Assembly (NCBI GenBank): GCA_002415345.1
Contig: DHXV01000001.1
Span: 33,059 to 97,058 of the forward strand
DNA from: Patescibacteria group bacterium UBA5147
GTDB lineage: Bacteria; Patescibacteriota; Saccharimonadia; UBA4664
Length of the DNA stretch: 64,000 nt
Reading direction: 5' to 3'
Under the pieces are notes generated by a model. The model searched no databases and had not been told where the DNA came from. It worked only from the letters and a program-made list of their open reading frames with translations. The translations under genes and the position numbers were made by a program. This document shows positions 19,580 to 27,820 of the stretch, one piece after another (position 1 is the first letter of the stretch; every line of letters starts with the position of its first letter).

Positions 19580-21568
19580 ATGTCTAAATCTAGATTTCTT
19601 GGTCCCATCCTGGGAATTGCGCTCTTATTACTGCCCGCACTAGCACTGGCGGAGTCAATTTATGTCAGGGATAGCGGTGGCGCTTTGACGCAGCCAGCTC
19701 TCCCGCAGAAAACCATTATCCTGACCTTTGATGACGGACCGTCAGCCTACACACCGAAAATCTTGGCCATCTTGCGTGATAAAAGAGTCAAAGCGACCTT
19801 CTTCGTAGTCGGCAAACAATCATTGCAGTATAAAAGTCTCGATACGATATATGCAGACGGGCACGAGATCGCCAACCACACCTACAGCCATGCCGATCTT
19901 TCCAATCAACCCGATTGGAGGGTACAGCTGGAACTGAGCCTTAACCGCCTCATTATCGAGTCTCAGACTAACCATAGTACCCGTATCTTTCGGCCGCCTT
20001 ACCTGGGTTCAGACAGCCTGACGTCACGGTCCAAGGATCTTATCGAGAAAGTCGATCAATTCGGCTACTTAACGGCTGGCGAAGATATTGACTCCGAAGA
20101 TTGGCGCCGTCCGGGAGTTGAACGGATAGTCAAAAACGCTACGGCTCCCTCAACTGGCGGAATAATTCTAATGCACGATGGTGGCGGCGACCGCAGCCAG
20201 ACCGTCCAGGCTTTGCCGATGATTATCGATTATTACCAGCAACGTGGCTACAACTTTACGACCATCAGTGGCGCTCTGGGGCTGACTCGCGATCAGCTCA
20301 TGCCAAAACTTAGCACCGGCGATGTCGTTCTATCTGCTCTTGCGACGGCGGTATTTGGGGCTTACGCCTTGGCCAGCCATGCCCTGTACTGGGTAATCTT
20401 GGTACTTATTATTGCCAGCTTCGGACGGATGGTGCTGGTTATCCTGGCTTCCCTGGTGCAGTCCAGGCGCAAGTTCCTGCCACCGCCTCAAGACGATATT
20501 CCTTGCAGCGTCATCGTTCCGGCCTACAATGAAGCGGCCGTCATTCAGAGCTGTCTCAGGTCAATTTTAGCTAGCAATTACCGGGTGTTCGAAGTGATTG
20601 TAGTTGATGACGGCTCTAAGGATAACACCAGCGGACTAGCACTCGCTATTGCCGACCGACGGCTTAATGTAGTCCGTAAGGCCAACGGCGGTAAGGCCTC
20701 GGCGCTCAACCATGGCATAGAACTGGCGCGCGCTCAGTTTATTATCGCCATCGATGCCGACACCGTGTTCCATCCTGATACTCTGCGCCAGCTCATGCGT
20801 CATTTCCAAAATCCTCATGTTGGAGCGGTATCCGGCAATACCCGGATCGTTAACCGCCATAAGCTAATTACCAAGCTTCAATCGCTGGAGTATGTTGTCG
20901 GCTTCAATCTGGACCGGCGCATGGGCGACTTGTTTGATTGCATCACGGTAGTACCAGGCGCAATTGGCGCATTTCGAAAGTCCGTCCTCCAAAAGGTTGG
21001 CGGATTTACCTACGACACGCTAGCCGAAGACACCGACCTGACACTATCGATTAAAGAGGAAGGCCACCGCATTGTTTATGATTCTACGGCCGTGGCCTAT
21101 ACCGAGGCGCCAGCGACAGTTAACGATCTCCTGAAGCAGCGGTTTCGTTGGACCTTTGGCACCATGCAAGCGGTTTGGAAGCATAAGCGAGCCATACTCA
21201 ATCCTCGCTATGGAACCCTGGGGATGATTGGCTTGCCATATCTGCTGTTTTACCAAATTCTGTTCCCCCTCCTCAGCCCGTTGTTCGATGTGGCCATCAT
21301 TATTGGCCTTCTCAACCACCAATACCACCTGATGCTCATTAGTTTTGCCATATACACAGCCGCAGACATTATCATGTCGGGCGTCGCGTTGAAGCTTGAT
21401 GGCGAAAAGCTACGTCAGCTGTGGCTGATTGCCCCGCAACGCATTATCTTCCGCCAGTTGATGTATTATGTGATCGTTAAATCGGTCGTGAATGTGCTCA
21501 AAGGCAATCTCGTCGGCTGGGGTACCCTCAAGCGTGAGGGTAAGCATTTAGCAAATGCTAATGGGTAG
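19580..21568 (+). CDS. bifunctional polysaccharide deacetylase (NodB domain) / family-2 glycosyltransferase (PNAG/cellulose-synthase-like)
   Basis: 662 aa. Signal peptide; a NodB domain with motif order TFDDGP, then HTYSH; TM helices; a GT2 domain (DDGS, DAD, QRFRW-like QQRFRWTFG). Confidence 0.8.
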   Translation: MSKSRFLGPILGIALLLLPALALAESIYVRDSGGALTQPALPQKTIILTFDDGPSAYTPKILAILRDKRVKATFFVVGKQSLQYKSLDTIYADGHEIANHTYSHADLSNQPDWRVQLELSLNRLIIESQTNHSTRIFRPPYLGSDSLTSRSKDLIEKVDQFGYLTAGEDIDSEDWRRPGVERIVKNATAPSTGGIILMHDGGGDRSQTVQALPMIIDYYQQRGYNFTTISGALGLTRDQLMPKLSTGDVVLSALATAVFGAYALASHALYWVILVLIIASFGRMVLVILASLVQSRRKFLPPPQDDIPCSVIVPAYNEAAVIQSCLRSILASNYRVFEVIVVDDGSKDNTSGLALAIADRRLNVVRKANGGKASALNHGIELARAQFIIAIDADTVFHPDTLRQLMRHFQNPHVGAVSGNTRIVNRHKLITKLQSLEYVVGFNLDRRMGDLFDCITVVPGAIGAFRKSVLQKVGGFTYDTLAEDTDLTLSIKEEGHRIVYDSTAVAYTEAPATVNDLLKQRFRWTFGTMQAVWKHKRAILNPRYGTLGMIGLPYLLFYQILFPLLSPLFDVAIIIGLLNHQYHLMLISFAIYTAADIIMSGVALKLDGEKLRQLWLIAPQRIIFRQLMYYVIVKSVVNVLKGNLVGWGTLKREGKHLANANG

Positions 21569-21590
21569 GTCGCGGTGGGCTAGGCCAGGA

Positions 21591-22028
21591 TCATTTAGGT
21601 CGGTGGGCAAGGCCAGGGTCGTTTTGTGTTGGGTCACCACCAGTAGGTGAAACTGATTGAGGCTTAGCCGGTGCGGCAGGGGTCGGTGTAGGAGTGCTAC
21701 TTGGAGCAGAGGCGATGGGAGGAGCGGTAATCGAGCTCTTGGCTGCCAGCTGATAGGCCACCTGGGCGATGGCATGAGCAGTTGCCGTAATTGACGTCGA
21801 TGTCCGCTTTGGCGCAGTTGACCCTGGATTGCCAGTTAGCGTCTTGGTAGAACCCGACAATACAGCTCCGGTTGCTTGGCTTATTAGCGGCAGCACACCC
21901 CACTGCGGGTGGTACGCCAGGCTACCGCCAATCAGCGCTAATACGGGTAATGTAACCGCTAGGGTTATACCTGCAGTTGAGCGCTTGATACGCTTCCATC
22001 GCTTGCCAGATTCATCCAAAAATATCAT
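21591..22028 (-). CDS. membrane-anchored Pro/Thr-rich protein, function unknown
   Basis: 145-aa ORF with an N-terminal TM helix followed by low-complexity sequence. Confidence 0.4.
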   Translation of the reverse strand: MIFLDESGKRWKRIKRSTAGITLAVTLPVLALIGGSLAYHPQWGVLPLISQATGAVLSGSTKTLTGNPGSTAPKRTSTSITATAHAIAQVAYQLAAKSSITAPPIASAPSSTPTPTPAAPAKPQSVSPTGGDPTQNDPGLAHRPK

Positions 22029-22195
22029 AGCTACATTATATCACATACAACGTCATTCATTATCAAGGCTGCTCAAGTATTTTTACAGCCAAAGTGTTCA
22101 AAATGAAATTCGCAATTTTTGTAGGCGTATAGTAAGCATAGGGGTTATACCCAAATTCAATTAACAGCTCAAAGCTTTCATTGAGGAGTCTTTCC

Positions 22196-23398
22196 ATGAA
22201 ACGTGTAGTCGTGGTCGGCGCAAACTTTGCAGGGGCAACCGCAGCTCTTGAAATAAAACGCAAACTCAAAAAAAATGTCGAAGTCACGGTTATTGATCGA
22301 ATGGAGAATTCGCTATACTTCCCTTCTCTCATCTGGGTGCCAACCGGGCGCCGTGAAGTAAGTCAGGTTCAGGTGCCTCGCAAGCCCGTGTTCGACAAAC
22401 GAGGCGTCAAATTCGTAGTCGACACGGCCATAAGCGTTGACCCGGACAAACAAGAAGTTGTCACCGAGTACGGCACATACCCGTACGATCAGCTCGTTAT
22501 TGCAACCGGACCAAAGGTTAACCGTGATATTGCCCAGGGTGTACGCGAGCACAGTTGTTATATCGGTTCGGTTGACGGTGCTCTTGATGCCCGTGCCAAA
22601 CTGGAAGAGTTCAAGAAGCACCCCGGCCCGATTGTAATCGGCGCCACCCAAAAAGCCAGCTGTATGGGGGCGGCCTATGAATTCTTGTTCAACGTGGAGA
22701 AATGGCTGCGCGAGCAAGGGATTCGCAAGCAGGTCGAGTTGTACTGGGTTACGCCGGAACCGTACCTGGGGCACTTCGGAATAGACGGCATGCCATTAGG
22801 CGAGTTTTACTTACGCAAATTTATGGAAGTGTTCAACATCCACTACCGCACCGAGGTAGGCATACAGGAAGTAACGGCTGACGCGGTCACATTAAGCACG
22901 GGCGAGAAGCTTGCCAGTCGATTTACCATGCTCATGGTACCGTTTACCGGCGTTGACTTTGTCACTAACTCACCCAAGCTGGAGACGCCGGAAAACCATT
23001 TCCTGGCCATTAAAGCGAGCTACCAACACTTAAAGTACCTAAACGTTTGGGGCGCGGGGCTGGCCGTAGACGTCAAACCGCCCTTTACCCCTGGCAAGGT
23101 ACCCTTCGGCGTGCCGAAGACGGGCTACCCAAGTGACAAAACAGGCAAAATCGTGGCTACTAACGTCGTCAAGGCACTGAGTGGGAAGACAAACTTCGCT
23201 GAAAAGCCATGGGGCAAGATCGCCGGGCTCTGCGTTATGGATGCGGGTAAAAAAGAAGTCCTTATCGTCAGTAACACGTTGTTCAAACCGCGTATATTCG
23301 CCGTGATGATTCCAAATGTATTCAATGATTTTTCCAAATTATCCCTGGAGAAGTATTTCCTTTGGAAACTTAAAAACGGTTACTCGTTCTTGCCATAA
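22196..23398 (+). CDS. FAD-dependent pyridine-nucleotide-disulfide oxidoreductase (sulfide:quinone oxidoreductase / NDH-2-like)
   Basis: VVVVGANFAGATAA Rossmann motif. The start is ATG 22196 with a GAGGAG RBS (22184-22189) rather than the track's TTG 22181. Confidence 0.7.
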   Translation: MKRVVVVGANFAGATAALEIKRKLKKNVEVTVIDRMENSLYFPSLIWVPTGRREVSQVQVPRKPVFDKRGVKFVVDTAISVDPDKQEVVTEYGTYPYDQLVIATGPKVNRDIAQGVREHSCYIGSVDGALDARAKLEEFKKHPGPIVIGATQKASCMGAAYEFLFNVEKWLREQGIRKQVELYWVTPEPYLGHFGIDGMPLGEFYLRKFMEVFNIHYRTEVGIQEVTADAVTLSTGEKLASRFTMLMVPFTGVDFVTNSPKLETPENHFLAIKASYQHLKYLNVWGAGLAVDVKPPFTPGKVPFGVPKTGYPSDKTGKIVATNVVKALSGKTNFAEKPWGKIAGLCVMDAGKKEVLIVSNTLFKPRIFAVMIPNVFNDFSKLSLEKYFLWKLKNGYSFLP

Positions 23399-23437
23399 GG
23401 GAATAAATCGTCCGATTCAAATCCATAGTCCTATAAT

Positions 23438-23469
23438 CACAAATACCCCGCGTTAGCGGGGTATTTGTG
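23438..23469. terminator. perfect 12-bp stem hairpin (cacaaatacccc-gcgttagc-ggggtatttgtg)
   Basis: Lies between the convergent SQR-like and NUDIX genes and abuts the 21-bp direct repeat at 23470-23490. Confidence 0.4.
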
Positions 23470-23512
23470 ATGGCTGAGCATGTCGGTCTAAAACATTGTG
23501 CGGCTGGCAGAA

Positions 23513-24010
23513 TTAACCTCTGGACCATTCTTGTTTTTGCCCAAGACGTTGCTGCTCAGCCATGACTAATTCATCGTAGATGCCATCAATAAGGTCATAA
23601 TCCTTGGCTTCAGCCAGACTCACCCAAGCGAATTGATCAGTTTCTTCAGCCTGCAGTTTCACTTCACTATTGGCATACTCGGCTAAGCAAGAGATTACCA
23701 GTGACGGTGCACCATCCGCGTGGACGGTGGCGAGCGAGGTAACGTACTCAATATTTTTGATATCTAAGCCGGTTTCTTCTTTGACTTCACGCCTTAAAGT
23801 CTTTTCCAGGACGTTATACCAATACTCTTTTGTTTCTTTGGGTAAGGATACGAAATCATCGGTTTCCAATCTCCCGCCTGGAACAGTCCACATTTTTGGG
23901 AAGCGTTTTTTAGTGGCTGCCCGGCGGGTAATCAGGTACTTATCCTCTTGATAGATAATGGCTGTAATCACGACTTCAAATAAGAGTTGATTCGTCATAG
24001 GCGCCTTCAT
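23513..24010 (-). CDS. NUDIX hydrolase
   Basis: Nudix box GGRLETDD..REVKEETGL. Confidence 0.8.
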   Translation of the reverse strand: MKAPMTNQLLFEVVITAIIYQEDKYLITRRAATKKRFPKMWTVPGGRLETDDFVSLPKETKEYWYNVLEKTLRREVKEETGLDIKNIEYVTSLATVHADGAPSLVISCLAEYANSEVKLQAEETDQFAWVSLAEAKDYDLIDGIYDELVMAEQQRLGQKQEWSRG

Positions 24011-24031
24011 TTAACCCAAATCATAGCATTA

Positions 24032-24754
24032 TTAACTAGGGCTAGCGTCGGGAAATATATCCTCACCGTTTACCGCCCTCAATAACTCTTCCCTGCTTAC
24101 CTCAGGATTAGTCGCGTACGCCGGGTGCTTCGTGCTCATCAGTTGCCAAATAGCGGCATCATCTCCATCTGCGAAACCGCCTATCCACTGCTTGAGTATG
24201 GCCATCGATCTAACTTCGTGCTTGAGTTCCTTTTCGTACTGCACCTCGGGTATGACCCGTTCACTTACTTCGTATTCAACGACATAATCCGGGCCAAACA
24301 CCTTGGTAAAGATGTACTCCGAACGCTCAAGATGATCATCGGAAGTTACGACGACGATATTATGCCAACTTCTTGGTTCACAGAAGTCCTTCTTTGAAAA
24401 ATAGGCATTTCCGAGAGTATCTTTCGACTTGATTTCTTCGATTATCGCAACTTCTGGCACGCCCAAACTGACAGCGTATTCCTTCATAGCCGCAGCTTCC
24501 GTGCGTGACGGGCTAATATCAATGTGATACGTCCATGAACCGGACATTATGATAACCGGCGCAACGTTAGCCGTAAAAAGCTCTACACCCTTCCGGACTC
24601 GAGCCAATGGGTCGGGCGGCAAAGAGCCGTCTCGCTCAACACCCCTAGCTAGGATAATGATTACGTCAGACATCGCTTCTCCAATACTGACATCATACAC
24701 TTCGAGAAGCTCGTTCGCTTCTCGGGGTTCTAAATAATTGCAATGGCTGAGCAT
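24032..24754 (-). CDS. YdcF/SanA-like DUF218 family protein
   Basis: 240 aa with the DUF218 pattern (..IIMSGSWTYH.. KDTLGNAYFSKK). Confidence 0.6.
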   Translation of the reverse strand: MLSHCNYLEPREANELLEVYDVSIGEAMSDVIIILARGVERDGSLPPDPLARVRKGVELFTANVAPVIIMSGSWTYHIDISPSRTEAAAMKEYAVSLGVPEVAIIEEIKSKDTLGNAYFSKKDFCEPRSWHNIVVVTSDDHLERSEYIFTKVFGPDYVVEYEVSERVIPEVQYEKELKHEVRSMAILKQWIGGFADGDDAAIWQLMSTKHPAYATNPEVSREELLRAVNGEDIFPDASPS

Positions 24755-25067
24755 GTAGGTCTAGATAGTTATCGGTCTTTGTTCGGGGTTCAAATCCTGG
24801 CTCATTGAGTATTATAGTCTAGACCATGAAGTCTGATTTTGTGCGGCATCGTCGGCCTTAGACACAATTATTCCCATCTGTGGGTGGAGTGAGTCAAAAG
24901 GACTTCAAATGACTACCTAAATGATAACACAAATTGACAAGATTAACAACCCAGCGTGGTTATTTCCACCAGTGCAAATACTGAAATAATCTAGATAATT
25001 AATTATTCTTCACGTATAATAAACATAAGTTTTTTACTCACAAGAATGAGGACGCCGAGCGAAAACT

Positions 25068-25943
25068 ATGCCACGCCTTCCAACTCCAGGACAAGATGAC
25101 GGTACATGGGGATCCATCCTTAACGACTACCTGGTCCAGGCCCATCGGGCCAACGGATCCCTCCGGGCAAACAGTGTTGACTCCAGTGCGATCGTCGCCG
25201 GCAGTGTCGCCGAATCCCAACTTGACTCCGCCCTGCAGACGAAAGTTAACGCTCTCGCGGGCGCAACCGGACCAACCGGCCCCGCCGGAGCCGACTCGAC
25301 CGTACCGGGCCCGGCGGGAGCCACGGGAGCGACCGGCAGCGCTGGTGTCGCTGGAGCGACGGGTGCTACCGGTGCCGTCGGTGCGACCGGTCCAATCGGC
25401 GCCACGGGTGCCATTGGAGCGACCGGTCCCGCCGGAGCCGATTCGACCGTGCCTGGTCCGGCGGGTGCCACTGGCCCAACCGGTGCCACGGGAGCCGCAG
25501 GGGCAACCGGAGCGGCCGGAGCCACGGGAGCTCAGGGTGCAGTCGGCCCCGCCGGTGCGACCGGGGCGACTGGCCCGACCGGAGCGACTGGAGCAACCGG
25601 TAACGCGGGCTCGGTGTACAGTATTGTCGGTCCGGTTACTGTCGGCACCGGCATGCATCGACTCTACAATGACTCCGGTTTAACCAGAACTATCTCCAAG
25701 GTCCGTGCTTCCGTCGGCACCGCGCCGACCGGGGCCAGCCTCATCGTGGACGTTCTCAACGGTGGCACCACTATTTTTACTACTTCGGGCAACCGGCCGA
25801 CGGTTGCCATCAACGGCAACACGGCCACGGGCATTCCCGACATTACCAGCTGGGCCGACGGCACCTATCTGACCGTCAACATCACTCAGGTCGGTTCCAC
25901 GGCAGCCGGCGCCGACCTAACCGTCTCCGTTAACGCAAACTGA
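25068..25943 (+). CDS. collagen-like triple-helix repeat protein (tail-fibre-like)
   Basis: 291 aa with 39 G-X-Y triplets ([10 protein letters not shown]...), no signal peptide, and a globular C-terminal domain. TTGACA/TATAAT-like promoter in the AT-rich 24.9-25.06 kb gap. Confidence 0.8.
   Translation: MPRLPTPGQDDGTWGSILNDYLVQAHRANGSLRANSVDSSAIVAGSVAESQLDSALQTKVNALAGATGPTGPAGADSTVPGPAGATGATGSAGVAGATGATGAVGATGPIGATGAIGATGPAGADSTVPGPAGATGPTGATGAAGATGAAGATGAQGAVGPAGATGATGPTGATGATGNAGSVYSIVGPVTVGTGMHRLYNDSGLTRTISKVRASVGTAPTGASLIVDVLNGGTTIFTTSGNRPTVAINGNTATGIPDITSWADGTYLTVNITQVGSTAAGADLTVSVNAN
25260..25610 (+). repeat. collagen-like G-X-Y coding repeat (GAT/GPT/GPA triplets, 117 aa)
   Basis: Periodic ggN-gcN-acN nucleotide repeat, which accounts for the many spurious antisense ORFs here. 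Confidence 0.85.
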
Positions 25944-25955
25944 AAGGACTCTATT

Positions 25956-26954
25956 ATGGCATTACTCTTTATGGACGGCTTCGATGTCAACGATCTAGCG
26001 ACAAAGGGCTGGGTGGGCGGCTTGGATCACTACGCCACGGGCCGTTTCGGCGGCAAGGCCGCCGTGCCAGGCCAGAACACCATCCTCAAGAAGACAATCA
26101 CCGCATCGGCCAAGGTCATCGTCGGGGGTGCTTGGTTTGTCGACACCATGCTCGACGCCAACCAGTCAATGTTGATGTTCTGGGGTGATGCAGGTGCTAC
26201 CGTGCATCTTGCGCTCCGTGCCTACGCCAACGGCTCCTTCAAGCTGTACCTCGGTGATGCTGGCACCCTACTTGCCACGAGCGCCACTGGTCTGTACGTC
26301 CCCAACATATGGCGATACTTAGAAATGTCAGCGACAATCGCTGACGCTGGTGGCCGAGTGACAGTCAAAATCGACGGCAGTACCATCATCGACTTCACCG
26401 GTGACACCAAGAACGGTGGCACTAACACCACCATCGACACGGTTGGCTTCGGCAATAACGGCACCTTCCAGGCGTACGGCAACTGGGATGACCTATACGT
26501 CTGCAATGACAGCGGCTCGGCAAATAACGCCTTTCTAGGTGACGTGCGAGTGCAGACTCTGTACCCCACTGGGGCCGGTTCATCTACGCAGTTCACCCCG
26601 ACTGGTGTCGCGAACAACTGGGACAATGTCAACGACACTCCCTACTCAACTGCCACTTATAACGCTGATTCCGTTCCCGGGCATCGAGACACCTACGCGA
26701 TGGCTGACCTGGTTGCTGGCACCGGTACTGTCTTCGGGGTGCAAGACAACATCCTGGCACTGAAATCAGATGCCGGGGCTGCATCCATCAAGGCGGCGAT
26801 CAAGAGTGGCGGTACGGTTTACTACGACTCCGCGCTTACTTTGAGTGCATCTGCGACTGAATCGACAGCTCTGCGTGAAGTGGACCCAGCCACCTCGGCT
26901 GCCTGGACACCAGCTAACGTGAACTCTCTCGAGTTCGGCGCGGAGATCGTCTGA
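25956..26954 (+). CDS. hypothetical beta-rich protein (tail-fibre / lectin-like), unknown function
   Basis: 332 aa, Gly/Thr/Asn-rich beta-sandwich-like composition. No signal peptide. Tightly packed behind the collagen-like gene. Confidence 0.55.
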   Translation: MALLFMDGFDVNDLATKGWVGGLDHYATGRFGGKAAVPGQNTILKKTITASAKVIVGGAWFVDTMLDANQSMLMFWGDAGATVHLALRAYANGSFKLYLGDAGTLLATSATGLYVPNIWRYLEMSATIADAGGRVTVKIDGSTIIDFTGDTKNGGTNTTIDTVGFGNNGTFQAYGNWDDLYVCNDSGSANNAFLGDVRVQTLYPTGAGSSTQFTPTGVANNWDNVNDTPYSTATYNADSVPGHRDTYAMADLVAGTGTVFGVQDNILALKSDAGAASIKAAIKSGGTVYYDSALTLSASATESTALREVDPATSAAWTPANVNSLEFGAEIV

Positions 26955-27820
26955 TGGCTGGACTATACCCGGATGTACCCGACCATCGCATGGCGTTGGA
27001 CCAAGACGGCAGCGCGGCATTCAATCTTAACGGAACACTATCCACCACTACTCAGTTAACTGCTGGCCAGGTCACCGCCTTTAACGATGAAACCGCCGGT
27101 AACGTGCAATATACGGCGTCTGACGGCTTTCAATATCTTTGCGTGATATTCCCGGAGTTGCGTGATGTCACTAATGTCTATGTGGCAGTGAACACCGGTA
27201 ACCAGGCCGGTGGAGCTACGAGTTGTTCGGTTGAAAAATCCACAGACACCACGAATGGTATCAACGGAACGTGGGCACAAATCAAGGCATCCTACGGGCC
27301 ACCAACAAATATCGACACAACTTGGCGTACCGCAATCCAACCCGTATCGTCATCACTAGCGACGAGGGCCATCCGCATAAAAGTATCGGTTATCTTCTCT
27401 CACCTATTCCTCGATACGTTTCATATTTATGGAACAATCTCATCCGGACAGAACCCAGACCGTCTCGCTCTGTGGCACCCGACCAGTGACATCCAAGTTG
27501 GAGCAGCCTACTTTGACTGGGGCAACGCACTCCGCGGAACGACTGCTGACCGTACCTTCAGGGTGAAAAACCTCAGTGCTACGCTCTCGGCAAACACAAT
27601 AACCTGCTCGGTAGATGCTCTCTCTGACACGACTCCGACCGTGGTCGGCCAGCATACCTTGTCAGCGGACGGTACGACCTTCGCAGCCACGGCCAGTGCC
27701 GGGACGCTCGCTCCGGGAGCAATTTCCGGGGTCATGACAATACGTCGAACAACATTGAGTACTGCCGTATTGTCCCTCTGGGCAATTCGAGTTCATGCTG
27801 CTGCTACGTCGTGGTCGTAG
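26954..27820 (+). CDS. hypothetical beta-rich protein, unknown function
   Basis: 288 aa. Its start overlaps the upstream stop (TGATGG). Thr/Ser-rich. Confidence 0.55.
   Translation: MAGLYPDVPDHRMALDQDGSAAFNLNGTLSTTTQLTAGQVTAFNDETAGNVQYTASDGFQYLCVIFPELRDVTNVYVAVNTGNQAGGATSCSVEKSTDTTNGINGTWAQIKASYGPPTNIDTTWRTAIQPVSSSLATRAIRIKVSVIFSHLFLDTFHIYGTISSGQNPDRLALWHPTSDIQVGAAYFDWGNALRGTTADRTFRVKNLSATLSANTITCSVDALSDTTPTVVGQHTLSADGTTFAATASAGTLAPGAISGVMTIRRTTLSTAVLSLWAIRVHAAATSWS

Noticed and set aside
25260-25610. Possible CRISPR array or other direct-repeat locus, because of the strong 9-bp periodicity.
   Set aside because: The periodicity is coding (Gly-X-Thr triplets). There is no repeat-spacer structure and there are no cas genes.
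25038-25943. Multiple overlapping ORFs on both strands (25038-25658 minus, 25096-25683 plus, 25127-25525 minus, 25366-25596 minus, 25664-25864 minus) with Arg/Pro/Gly-rich translations.
   Set aside because: They are frame artefacts of the GC-rich G-X-Y collagen repeat. Only the frame beginning at ATG 25068 has a promoter, an N-terminal non-repeat domain and a coherent C-terminal domain.
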